Shown here piece by piece: positions 31,911 to 44,250 of a stretch of DNA of 64,000 nt. Under the pieces are notes generated by a model that searched no databases, was not told where the DNA came from, and was given only the letters and a program-made list of their open reading frames with translations. The position numbers and the translations under genes are program-made. Origin of the DNA: Squalus acanthias (lineage: Eukaryota); contig CM059433.1 in NCBI GenBank assembly GCA_030390025.1, positions 14,882,001 through 14,946,000 of the forward strand, read 5' to 3'. Each line of letters begins with the position of its first letter. The first letter of the stretch is position 1.

Positions 31911-33590
31911 TGTAAGGGGTTTCAGCGTGCTTGTATCGCAGACGGTGCTGGTGCAGGGTTAGGCCTTCGTTGCCTAATATTATTGCTTGCTCTGGTCTCC
32001 GGCCAGCCTTGTTGCAATAAGCACCTGTGAGTGGTTCCACCCACTCGCCCTTACGGTTCTAACACTGGACTTAGGTGCGAGAGCAGTAATGCAGAGAAAA
32101 ACTCAAATAGACGCGGTTGAATAGTCCGAAATGGAAATCTTTATTGCATAGCGTCCAAAATCATGAAGTACATGTCATAGGCGCAAATTAACGAGAGTAC
32201 AAGTATACATACATTCATAAAGCTTAGTCTATGTTAATGAAGAACGCACGGCACATAGTAAAAAGGGGAACACATTATACTTTATCCTTAATAAAACCAC
32301 CCTCCCCTATCAATACCTACACTACATCTAGATTTGTAGGATCGGGAAACATGCTCACCACTCGTGATACTTCGGAGAATTCTAAAGTGAGGCACTCGGC
32401 TCGTTTCGCTGCAGCGCCTGACTGTCACGTGTTTGGAGGGGTCTCTGTACCCCACTTGTTTATCTTCGCTGCTGCGGCAAGCAGGCTGGGCTCCCCGTTG
32501 TCATGAAGAACTCGACAGCACTCGGGCCCGGCTGTAGAACTCAAAGAAAAGTCTTCCTGTACCGACACCAGTTGCTGGTAGAATTCAAAGAAGAGTCTTT
32601 GACCGGTTCGTGCAGTAACCTGTAGAGTTCAAGAAATGGGTCGTATATTTTAGGGCGCTGTCGGGGTTTACTGATCGCGGCGGCACGTGGATTCTTCTTC
32701 TTCTCTTGTCATTTCGTCTCGTCTTGTTGGGCCTTCGGGTCCAAACACCGTTTACCGACTCTCGGGATGGTGCACCCGGTCACTGGCCTTCGTCGGGGCG
32801 ACTCGTTCCAATTGAGCTCCACCCAACATTCGAATAACCGTCTAGTGCGGCTAAAAGTCCAGAGGCAACAGAGTCCAGAGAAAACACAGAAGGCTGCTCG
32901 TCCAGCAGAGTTCAGCCCGAGTCAAGAGTCCGCAGAGATAAGAGCACGAATCAAGCGAAAAAGAGAGCGATGGACATTTGTTGTCTATAGTTATAGTGCT
33001 GTGTTCCCTTATCTCCCGCCCAAATCTTAATGTTTGTCCTTTGTGAAATATTGGCGCTCAAAACTCCCAGCATGGGGTGATTCTTGTCTTTAACGGGTTT
33101 CGGTAGCACCTGAGACTGGCCAACTACCCGTTAATGTTTTCCCCATTGTTGATCGTCTCCCTGACTGGTTTTGGGGGCCCCCGAATACTTGTTTAATCAC
33201 CCGAGAATGGCTCACTCATTGTAGAGCCGTGGGGGTATTTGTGTATTGATGTGTCTGGATGGGCCTTCGATTGCCCAGTACAATGGTTCTTACTTGTGCA
33301 TGGAAAACGATTCCAGCACTCATATCTTTTGCTATTGTTTCGAATGCAAACAGGTTGCATCCTGTCTATATCAGTGCTTATCGAGTATGATCCTGTCTTA
33401 TATTGAAATGTATTTTCGATGCCATCTTGTCTGCCCACTGTATTCTGGAAGCTTCTGCCATGATGCGCGGTGGCCATTTTACAGGCTTCTGTGTCCTTTA
33501 TATCATGACAGCATTTCATTTAAATAAACTGATCAACCGAACCTGCTTCTATCTTGTTATTTCGAATCGCGATAATTGCGAAACTTTACA
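31911..33590 (-). repeat. 5' LTR
   Basis: Colinear with the 3' LTR, about 32 substitutions by eye and no indel; followed by the PBS. Confidence 0.95.
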
Positions 33591-35279
33591 CCATCCATCG
33601 AACAATTCATGGATTTCCACCCTCTCCATAAATCTCTCTGAACCTGGATACTAGTTCATGGATGTACCAAACTGACTCCACTTTGTCTACAAGTCATCTT
33701 CATCCTACCACAGAATTTACACTTTAACTTTGGACTCTCATATTATCTCCTCCTTATAGTCTATTCACGACCAGGACATGTCTCTCCTAATCTCCGATAC
33801 CTTGGTCTTTACTCAAGCCTCCCTACCTGGCTATACCTTCTACCAACCATCCTGCACAAACTGCCATGGTGGCGTTGTGGTCCTTATCACCAAATCACAC
33901 CTCGGCCCCCCGCCCTCCCCGCCCACCGCACCCCCCCCACCCCGCCACTCCTTTGGCACTTATTCTTCTTTCAAGTAACTCACATTGTTCCGCTCCTCTC
34001 ACCTCTCCTTTAAAATCTTGGTTCCCGATCTCCCCCTACAAGCCACATGCGGAGTTTCTTCCCAAGACTCCCTTTACTCCCTCATCCTTTGCATAGAATG
34101 ACTTCTCATCCTCAGTAATTTCAATCACCATCTTAACTCACCTTGCCCTCCTCTGATTTCACCGCTCTCCTGTACTCCCTAAACCTCTCCCTCCATATTA
34201 ACTCTCCCAGCTGTATTCATGGCCAATCTTTTGACCTTGCTATCTCGCATGGCCTCTCTACTGCTATAGTCTCGATCACAGACAAGGCCTTCTCTGACTA
34301 CTTACTCGTATCCCTCAACATCCACATTCCCCAACCCCACTTCCAACCCCACTTCCTTCTGGGTCTTGTTCTCAATGATTTCCTCCAGCATGTTTTAGCT
34401 TGTTTCATCACAGGCTGTTTGCCTGTAAATAGCAGCAGCAGCCCTTTAAACTAGAGTTCTGCTGATGTCACATTGCATTGGTGTAAAATGAAAGTATTTT
34501 GACGGCTACTAGGGTCACAGACCGTCTGCACGTTAACCAAAAGATTTATTTTTCTTCTTAACGAAGGGCTTAACGCTGCACAGCACCTCCCCCACTCCCA
34601 CCGACCCCCACAACCACCCGTTCCCTCGCAAGGTCAGCCTTTAAAACAATGTGCCATGACAACACATGTTGTGATTCATTACTCCTGACCTTTCATTGAA
34701 CTGTAAAACCGGCCCCAGTATTACCAGGAGTGGCATAGATGTTTTCATAAACCTGACCCTATCACTAACAAATGCTCATCAAGGTCATCCTGAGCGTACA
34801 CCTATATACCACAGTAGCCAGTTATAGAGCCTCCATACACTTCATATGGAGTTAGAGTTTATTTCAACCAAGAGACTGGCTAATTTTAAACTAGCTGTTT
34901 ACATGCCAATAGTCTTTATTTCATTTTAACTGCCGACTCTTCGAAAATTTGGGAAAATCTGAGCTCTATTCAGAGGTAAAAACAAATGGGGCAAAACCCA
35001 TCCCTCCCAAATCTGAAAAATAAGACTGATTAAATGCTACCAGTTTAGTAACAATAGAATTATTATTGGGTCAAAATCCTGGAACTCCCTGCCTAACAGC
35101 ACTGTGGGAGTACCTTCACCACACGGACTGCAGCAGTTCAAGAAGGCGGCAAGGGCAACTAGGGATGGGCAATAAATGCTGGCCTTGCCAACGATGCCCA
35201 CATCCCATGAACGAATAATTTTTTAAATTGTTCACTCCCATTCCCAACCCCACATTCAACAACCAATTCAGAAGATCGT

Positions 35280-35940
35280 GGCCCGGATTTTCCGGGGTCT
35301 ATGACCGCGTATGCACATGGCAGGAAATGGACGTTCGCTGGCGGAGAGTTGGGCTATTTGCCCAATCACTGCTCAGCGAAATGCCCACGAAACTCTTACA
35401 TCTGCTAAAAGCAGGCGCAAGGCCTCCTTTTACCAGTGTAAGGGTTTAAATAAATATTAAAATAATTTTTTTTAAGTGATTTAAACATGAAAAACCTTTA
35501 AATTAGTTTAGGTTATTTTTCGCCCCTTTAAAAATGTTTAAATTTATTTTTCAAAAAAGTAAATCTTTGTTTTAAAATGTTTAATTAAATTGTATTTTAA
35601 TTAATTTTGAACATGTGAGGATTTATTTTTATTTAAGTGGGGTGAAGTGTGTTTTTTATGTCATTCCTATTATACTTATGGGGATTCTGTATGTAAATGG
35701 AATCCCCATGAGCGTAATGGGAATCCCCCTTTTTGATTGATTGGGCTGGCCCACATGATCCCAGGGATGCTTGCGAACCGCCTGCGCTCCTGGGATACGT
35801 GGGCCTTTACACAGGCGTATGCCCGCAGGCCCAGGACCGCAAGAGTCTACGAAGATACGGAGGCACCAGGTGGGTGCGTACTCTACTTGCGGTTCGGAAG
35901 CATTCGCCTGCGGGAAGCCTCCGGCCGCAATTTCCAGCCC
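35280..35940. mobile_element. Harbinger-type MITE related to 43617-48668
   Basis: GGCCCGGATTT...AATTTCCAGCCC ends; shared blocks AAAAGCAGGCG-AAGGCCT-CTTTTACCAG and GATCCCAGGGATGCTTGCGAACCG. Confidence 0.7.
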
Positions 35941-36484
35941 TATGACTCCATACCAGCCAAGTTACTTTTATGTTAAAGATAGCATGGATAGGGTGGGGGG
36001 AGAAAATACATGGGTTTGGGAAAAGGCCATGCTGTACAGTAACCAATGGGGGAGGCAATGAAACAGATTGCATAACAATAAGGGAAGAGGGGGAAAGCAG
36101 GGAAGGAAAGAATGGTCTGGAGTGATAGGAGAAATCTGTGTGGAGAGTTAAAGGAGAGGTACTAGCAAACTGTGCATTTTTTCTAATACAGTGTGACTGT
36201 AATGGGAGTTCACGCAGACCCTCTGCACACATTGAATCAGGATAGGCCTTGACCTCTTTTACACTATCAAGTCAAACGGAGTGTTAGACATAATGGATAA
36301 AACAACATCAGTTTATTGAAATGTAGAAAAGCATGTTTCAATTTAATAGATAAAATAATATCAATTTATTGAAACATAGAAAAACAGGTTTCAATTAGAG
36401 CAGTGATGCCAGATGCTGTGTTGAATGCAATCACGACATATAACAATCCACCTTGCATATAACTGAGCAAGGCATCTTGAACCA

Positions 36485-36760
36485 TAGAAACATAGAAAAA
36501 TAGGATCAGGAGTAGGCCATTCGGCCCTTCGAGCCTGCTCTGCCATTCGATATGATCATGGCTGATCCTCTATCTCAATACCATATTCCCTCTCTCTCCC
36601 CATACCCCTTGATGCCTTTTGTGTCTAGAAATCTATCTATCTCCTTCTTAAATATATTCAGTGACTTGGCCTCCACAGCCTTCTGTGGTAGAGAATTCCA
36701 CAGGTTCACCACCCTCCGAGTGAAGACATTTCTCCTCATCTCAGTCCTAAATGTCCTACC
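36485..36760 (-). mobile_element. HER1/CR1 3' end, adjoined by Penelope and further CR1 pieces to about 37570
   Basis: FRTEMRRNVFTRRVVNLWNSLP; (CATAGAAA)n tail. Confidence 0.8.
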
Positions 36761-37569
36761 CCATCCTAACCAAATACCACAAAACACATCTTCCCCTTCC
36801 CCTCCCCTCCCATTTCAGCATTCCGAATGGACCATTCCCTCCGTGACTCCCTGGTCCACTCTGGCTGAACGCCTCTATTCAGTCCGCGAACGGGACCTTC
36901 GGCTTTCAGGCACTTGCCACTTTAATGCACCATTCCACTCCCACTCTGACCTCTCAGTCCTTGGCCTCCTACACTATTCCAATGTAACCATTTACACCTC
37001 CTCTGGACCAACCTTTTGTTTCTCTGCTTGTCTCATTATCACCTCATTTTGCCTTGCACCACCCTCACTTTTGCCATTTAACCAGTCCTGCTCTCGACCC
37101 TATCACAGACCTCTCCCTTTTGTTCTTTTCCTACCCTTCACTTTTTTTTCACTTTCAGGGTAGATACAACCAATTTCCTCTGGCAGTGCAGTCAAGAACA
37201 AGAGGGCATAATCTTAAAATTAGAACTAGGCCGTTCAGGAGGCAAATCAGGAAGCAATTTTTTGCACACACAGGACAGTAGAAATCTGGAATTCTCTGCC
37301 CCAAACGGCTGTGGATGTTCAGGTCAATTGGAGCTTTCAAGACTGAAATCGACAGGAATTATAATGGAGAAGTTGACCAGGAAGCGCATGTGGGCAGGCG
37401 TAGGATGTTTAATATATTGCTAGTCAATCTCCTGTCGTGTTACACACTCGGATTCAAGACCCAGTATAGACCTCAGGTGAAGCAATTTTTTCCCTGGCTC
37501 TGCACTTGCTTAAAAGCTGTTCATCTCTAACATCTTCCAGTTCTGATGAAAGATCACCGACCTGAAATG

Positions 37570-38450
37570 TGTGCTGGAATTTTGCCCTCAAAAAAAACGG
37601 GTGGGTTTGGAGCGTGAGGGCAGTTAAATTGTTAAAAGTGGGATTCCCGACCTCCAACCCACCCACTTCCAGTTTTCCTGGAGGCGGGACGGGGCGGGGT
37701 GTCGGGCGGGCGACCAACCCGCTGCCAGGGGACGTTACCTCAATTTAAATATTGTAATGAGGCTGGAAGCCTCTATTTTCCCCGTCCATTTTAAATTTAA
37801 CTGCCTGGGGACGGGTTTCACCCAATCCGTGAAACCCGGCAGTTAAACCATGGCAGGAACTGCTGCGTCCAGGAGGTAAGTGGCTTTATACCGACCTCCT
37901 GGATCCAGGGACCCAACTATACCCACCCCCTGCAATTGGAGACCCCCTCACGAGGCCTCCAATCACCACCATGAGGCCTCCCACCCCCCCAGCCCCAGAA
38001 ATCCCCCTCCCCCCACCCCCAGGCCTCACCCCCACCCCCACCCCCACTGATGCTGATGAGGCCGGCCTCGATCCTCCGTTCCCCCCCCAAATCCCCGGTC
38101 AACCCCCCCCCCCCCCCTCCAATCGCTGACCCCCCCACCTCCCCCTCTCCGGCGTTCCCAGAACCGGACCCCCCGATCGCTGACTCTCCTCCCCCCGATC
38201 GCTGATTCCCCTCCCCCCGATCGCTGACTCCCCTCCCCCCGATCCCGGACCCCAGATCGGCGACACCAACTGAGGCCTACCCGCCCGCAGCCAGCCAGCC
38301 TCTCAAGTTATCTGGCTGCAGGTGGGAATCCAAGGCCTGAGATTGAAATTAGGCCCTGCCTTGAAAATCGGCAGGGCCTGCGGGAAACCCGGCCTCCCAG
38401 GTGTCCTGCCCGCCTTGGAGTCCCCCGCCCCCAACCCGCCTACCCGTGGC
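37570..38450. mobile_element. GC-rich MITE-like insert splitting a Penelope 3' end; about 23-bp tandem repeats at 38170-38245
   Basis: Penelope tail stops at GACCTGAAA (37566) and resumes AACTCTGTT...CCACAGATGCT (38455). Confidence 0.55.
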
Positions 38451-39028
38451 CATGAACTCTGTTACTCTCTCCACAGATGCTACATGACCTGCTGAGTTTT
38501 TCCAGCATTTTCTGTTTTTATTTCAGATTTTCAGCATCCGCAGTATTTTTCTTTTGTTTTTTTAGCCTAATACTTCTGTTTAAATCACAGTAACATCCTA
38601 ACTTGCTGGCCAGACTTGTTTCAGATAATGTATGGTGTCCAAACCATATCTGAGCCTTGAACAATAATAGGATACAACTAAAGAGCTAAAGATCGAAGAT
38701 GACCCATCCAGCTCTGAATACTGAAGCAAAAGAAAAGCTTTTTTCACACACCAGTCTAATTATATTTATTAGGGTCTCCTTCAAGTTGCAAGTCAAACTA
38801 TCAGGTCTGGAAACTCCTTTCACATCGCTGCTTTTGCAAAAACCTATTGCCATTGCAAGGCAATCAGTGCCGGGGGTACCAGCAGCAAAATAGCCAACTA
38901 AATTTGTTCTGAATTGGAGGATTCATTGACTTCCCCTTTCGCCTGTGAATCATTTGCTGAGATGATGGTTATACATGTACTATTTAACACCTTATTCACT
39001 GACATTGCCTCTCGGCCTAGGCTGTGAC

Positions 39029-39255
39029 TGACATGAATCTGTCATTCATGAAAGAAAGACTTATGAAATAACACTGAGTGGCCTGCGGGTGGCGCTGTCC
39101 AGGGAGAGTATAAATACTCGGGCATGGGCCCAGCTTGCGCAGGACATTCTTAACAGGAACGAGTAAAGGACACAACTAGACCTCCATGTTGTAAAACAGT
39201 TGATTAAAGCTTTGTTTAACGCTTAGACCAAGTGCCTAGTAGTTTTCTTACATCA
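39029..39255 (+). mobile_element. 227-bp solo LTR with 5-bp target duplication GTGAC
   Basis: TG...CA ends, TATAAA and ATTAAA; second copy at 51951-52177. Confidence 0.85.
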
Positions 39256-39378
39256 GTGACTATTGCTACGTTTTAAAAGTATTACATTTAAACCAGAAGG
39301 TGCTTCTGATTTTTCAGGAAATACTGAAAATAGGAGATTCACAAATGCATCTGCACCAAAGAGAAATTCTTACCGCTA

Positions 39379-40741
39379 TGTTGCCAATTTCTATTGGTTT
39401 TCCCACCTATTTATTCACACCTACCTGTTCATTGAACATTTCCCACTGAGGAAAATACAACCCTACTTGAAGGGATAATTACTAGTCCATGCCCCTTTAG
39501 AGCTACCCCGGATCAGGCGTATTCCCCAGATGTTCGCTTTCAACTAAAGTTTGAGGTAGCCAAATCCTAAAGACGCTTAATTGGGTCTAAAGGTTCAGAC
39601 TATCTCTCCCTAAAGGAAAGGAACAACCTGAAGATGTTACCGTCCTCCAGATAGCACTTTTAATAAGTTTAGCTAGACTGTAACATTCCGGATATTATGT
39701 GGGTCCGGAAAACTCCCTCAGAATTCTGCAACTCCTCATGAAAGAGCGTACAGAGATTGAGTTTGTGAGTTTGATACAGAAGTGTTATGAGACAATTCTA
39801 AAAATATATAGATTTATTAAAGAACCGACATGTAATTACAGTAGGTGTTTCAATCGCAACATTAACAGTTCCAAAAATAGAAAGCTTACAATTCTATTAT
39901 CAGAGATCCTTATTCTCAAATCTTAACTTCGCTACATTTTTACAATTCTTAGTCTTATTCCAGGATATCCACCAAAATCAAATACAGTACAATACCTTGA
40001 TCCCCGAGGTACAAAGAGTTGTAGACTTACAGAGCTTGCCTCTGAAGCCGAGAATCGCTTTGCCCCTTTACAGCGAGACTATCATCCCATTTGAAAGTTC
40101 AATATTTATATCCTTTCTCAGTGGTATTTCCTTTGAAGTTTTCTGCTGATGTAAGCTAATTATCTCTAGTCATTTTTCTGCTGACCCCTGCTATTCTTAC
40201 AGTCAGTTCAGCTGGTAGCAATGCAGAATTATGTCTCCTGTGCAGGTGTCTCAAGCTTAACACAAAAACTGTGTAACAGCAGGTGCATCTATTTGATGTC
40301 ATTTTTACCAAGGTCTTCTATGCAATTCTTGGTCACCTCAGCTGGTTATAACACAGAATTATGTCTCTCTAGGTGTTCCAAGTTCAACACAAAAACAATG
40401 TGATGGCTGGTGCCTCCCCCACTTGATGCCATTCCCACGAAGGCATATGTTTCTTAATTTTATATGTTTCTTTCCGAAGTGTAATTTAGGACACCTTAAC
40501 AGCGTGTACCATTATGTTCTTTCCAAAGCTGCAGACTTCAAGAGCCTCCAACCTCCTGTTTCAATAAGGTTATTGATTCAGTGTCAACAACTTATCTTAT
40601 CTCAATAGCCTGTATGCTGTTAACAATACAGCTTCTCCATTGTTAGGTTTTTAGATTTTCAAGCCCAGTTTGTCATGTTACAAAGGTTAGAATTCTTTCA
40701 TAGAATGGTGTATTTTTCTGAATATGGCTTATTCCTTCACA
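39379..40741 (-). repeat. Putative 3' LTR of the foamy-like ERV (distal end uncertain)
   Basis: AAGATGGGGG purine tract then TGTG at 40741; GATATAAA near 40110; GTAAGT near 40030; AATAAA at 39813-39818. Confidence 0.55.
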
Positions 40742-41360
40742 CCCCCATCTTGACCAAAAAATAAACTCGAGCATCAAGACAGAGTTTGGTCAATGTTACT
40801 AATAAGGTTACAATAGCACATTAATGTCACGAAATTCACAAAAACCTAATCATGTGCTACATGAAAATTCCTTTTAAGTCATCCTAGGACAATGTTTTGC
40901 CTTATTTTAAATTGAACACAATTTAAAAGGATGATAGGTACATTGTCATGTAATTAGCAAAACAACATGTACTTAGACTATCCAATCAGCAGATGTACGT
41001 TCCGTAGAGGTGAGTTATTCATACGAGTCAAGGAGACGTCATTTGGAACTAGCTGAAGCTTGACACGCTGTTCCTTCGATCCGGCGTGTGGACAGATTCT
41101 TGTTTACATAAAGGCCTTGCCAGGTGTTCAGTTGATTCCTTCTTCATCCGCGGTGTTTTACTCCTTCGTTGAAGTAGTTCGTTGATCTTTCCTTGTTTCG
41201 GTTGTGGCTTTTTGCAAATCCAATTCCTGAGGCGTTGCCAAGCATCGTGTGTGGAGGAGTCGGCGACACCGTCTGACTGACAGTCGTCAGTAGTTCAATC
41301 GCATCCATTTCCTGTGTCGTGCTCCAAGCTGGGTCTTGAAAGATAGTGTACGACTGCACC

Positions 41361-42440
41361 TTATATTGTTCCTCCATTTTGGTATCCCGCAGGACATCTT
41401 TTGAGATTGTCTATGGAGACAGTTTTAAGAATATGCTTGCCATTCGGCTGATTAATATGTATTTTAACTGTTCTTTCGTTAATAACAGAATGTATTTGAA
41501 CAGGTTTTTTCCACTTCGGTCTTAAACCAGGTTTTTGTTCGAACTTTTTTTCCTGTACCCATTCTCCTACTAGGGGTTGCCATCTTTGTTTGTCAATTTT
41601 TTCTGCCTATTTGCCTCCCTTATCCTCTGTTCAATTTGATGAATCTCCTCTGTTACTTCTTTTTTAAAATCTAACTGTCGCTGTCGGGTCAAGGACTCAG
41701 AGAGTGTAGAGGCAATAAAAGAACTATGGGTAAGTGGTGTATGCATCTCAACCCCATACATCAGATAATATGGAGTTTTGGGGGACACTGTCCCTGATGC
41801 AGATGCGGGCACATTATTAAGTGATAGCTGCACCTCCGGAATGACAGTGGTCCACTTATTTCCCCTGATTCTCAACAGTTTGACCAATAGCTTTTTTACT
41901 TCCTGGTTTTTACGTTCCACCAGCCCCGCTGATTGCGGATGACGTGGCGTGCTGTGCACTAAACCAATCCCCCTTTGTTCACAGTAGTCTTTGAAGACTT
42001 GGAGACAAAGGCTCCGTCTTGATTGGAGTGTAAGATTTTGGGTGCACCAGCTACAGTAATTATGTCAGTAATAGCATTGGCGAGTGCGTTTTCCGAAACA
42101 GTTTTTGTGGGGACCAGCCAGCAGAAGGAAGTGCATCCATCTACACAAATGAGAACATGTCTGTATCCCAAAGACGGGGGAAGTGGTCCAATAAAGTCAA
42201 TAAAGAATTTTCCCATTGGCTCATCAGCTTTCACAGGAGCCAATGGGGGTGGCTTAATTAGTGATGACTTATTGGTCAAATAGCATGGCTCACAATTTGC
42301 CATGTATGTTTTACAGGCCTTAAGCATGCCTGGCCACCAATATAAGTGGGTCAATTTGCAGAATGTTGTTCTGGCACCACAATGTGCTTGACCTATGCCC
42401 TTGTGAGCTTCTTTTACAAGCTGTTATTGTTTGTGCCTCA
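41361..42440 (-). pseudogene. pol: Foamy (spuma)-like integrase, frameshifted
   Basis: FFIDFIGPLPPSLGYRHVLICVDG; HPQSAGLVERKNQEVKKLL; VQLSLNN; VGEWVQEK...LRPKWKKP...TVSIDNLK...YQNG. Confidence 0.85.
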
Positions 42441-44250
42441 GAGTGTGACAGTCAGTTGTCATGGTCCATGTTGGAACAAACGACATAGGTAGGAACAGGG
42501 AGGAGGTCCTGCTGAAAGAGTTTCAAGAGTTAGGCTCTCTATTAAAAAGCAGGACCTCGAAGGTAATAATCTCTGGATTATTGCCCGAGCCACGTGCAAA
42601 TTGCCATAGAAGCAGACAGATCAGGAGACTTAACACATGGCTAAAGGGTTGGTGTGGGAAAGAGGGGCTCCTTTTCATGGGACACTGGCACCAGTTCTGG
42701 GACAGGAAGGAGCTGTATCGATGGGACAGGCTCCACCTGAACCGGGATAGGACTCGTGTCCTAGCGGAAAGGGTAAGTAGGGAGGTGGCAAAGGCTTTAA
42801 ACTGGTAAGAAGGGGGAGGGATCTACAAAAAATGTAAGCAGCCTAAATATTAACAAAACAGGAAAAGTGAGCGCAGGAAAGAATAAAGTAAGGGAGGACA
42901 TCGATAGCAAGGGAGCAAATAGAGTTATAGAACAGGAGTCTAAAAAGATGGTTAAACATAAAGTGAGAGGAAATCCTATTAAAAATGAGTTAAACTGTCT
43001 GTTCAGCAATGCACATGTCTGTAATAAAACAGGGGAGCTGGAGGCAATCATGCGTTGGGAGGAACCAGACATGGTAGGGATTACTGAGACATGGCTACAG
43101 AAAAATCAGGACTGGGAATCAAACATTGCAGGTTATAACATATTTAGAAAAGATAGAGAGGGAAAAAGGGGAGGTGGAGTAGCTGTACTTATTAGGGATA
43201 ACATAATGGCAGTAGAAAAAAGGGACGTAGATATCAGCAAGACAAAAATAGAATCCATATGGATAGAGATAAATGATAATAAAGGATCAATCACACTAAT
43301 AGGCGTAGTCTACAGACCACCTAATAATGGAAGGGAGGTGGAGGAAGAAATATACAGACAAATTAGAGAAATTAGTAAAAAACATAGAATAATAATCATG
43401 GGGGATTTCAACTACCCCGATATTAATTGGACAGAAAAGGTAGGTAAAGGGGATAAGGGAATGGAGTTACTCCAATGTGTACAGGACTCCTTTCTAACCC
43501 AATATGTAAAAAGCCCAACAAGGGAGGATTCGCTATTGGATCTAGTTATGGGGAATGAGCCAGAGCAGATAAGAGAAGTAAAAGTAGGAGAGCATATAAG
43601 CAATAGTGACCATAATGGGCCAGATATTCCAATCCCTACGGGTGTGTACGCGCTGTGTATACACCCGTAGGGACATCGGAAATACCAGTTTCAGGCATGC
43701 CAAGCGCATGCGCTAAAAACTGGCATTTCCGATCTGTCAAGAATGCTCTTGACAGATCGGATGCCTGCCCTGGAGAAGGGCCTCTGCGGGTGGATAGTTC
43801 CGCTTTCTGGAGAACCTCCGCCCGCAGAAAACCCTTAGAAATCTTACACCTGGTAAAAGCAGGCGTAAGGCCTGCTTTTACCAGCATAAGAGTCGAAAAA
43901 GTAAAAGAAAAAATTTCACTCATTTATCATTTAAAAATACTTTAAAAAAGGTAAGTTTATTTTTAGCCCCGTAAAAAACTTTAATTATTTAAAAATTACA
44001 TTTTTGTTTAAAATATTTAATTTATTGTAATTTCAACTCATTTTAAAAATTTGATTTTTAAAAATTTATTTAATGTTTTACAGTGTTTTTGGGGTGATCT
44101 CCATTCATATATTTGACAGGTCTATCTGTCAAGTGTATGAAACATAGAAACATAGAAACATAGAAAATAGGTGCAAGAGTAGACCATTCGGTCCTTCGAG
44201 CCTGCACCGCCATTTAATGCGTTCATGGCTGAACATGCTACCTCAGTACC

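Larger units (their letters stand above)
19278..33590 (-). mobile_element. Near-complete endogenous retrovirus-like provirus, lokiretrovirus-like (LTR-gag-pol-orfX-env-LTR)
   Basis: Two 1680-bp TG...CA LTRs; CCAT duplication at 19274-19277 and 33591-33594; PBS, PPT, gag, PR-RT-RH-RH-IN and F-like env. Confidence 0.92.
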
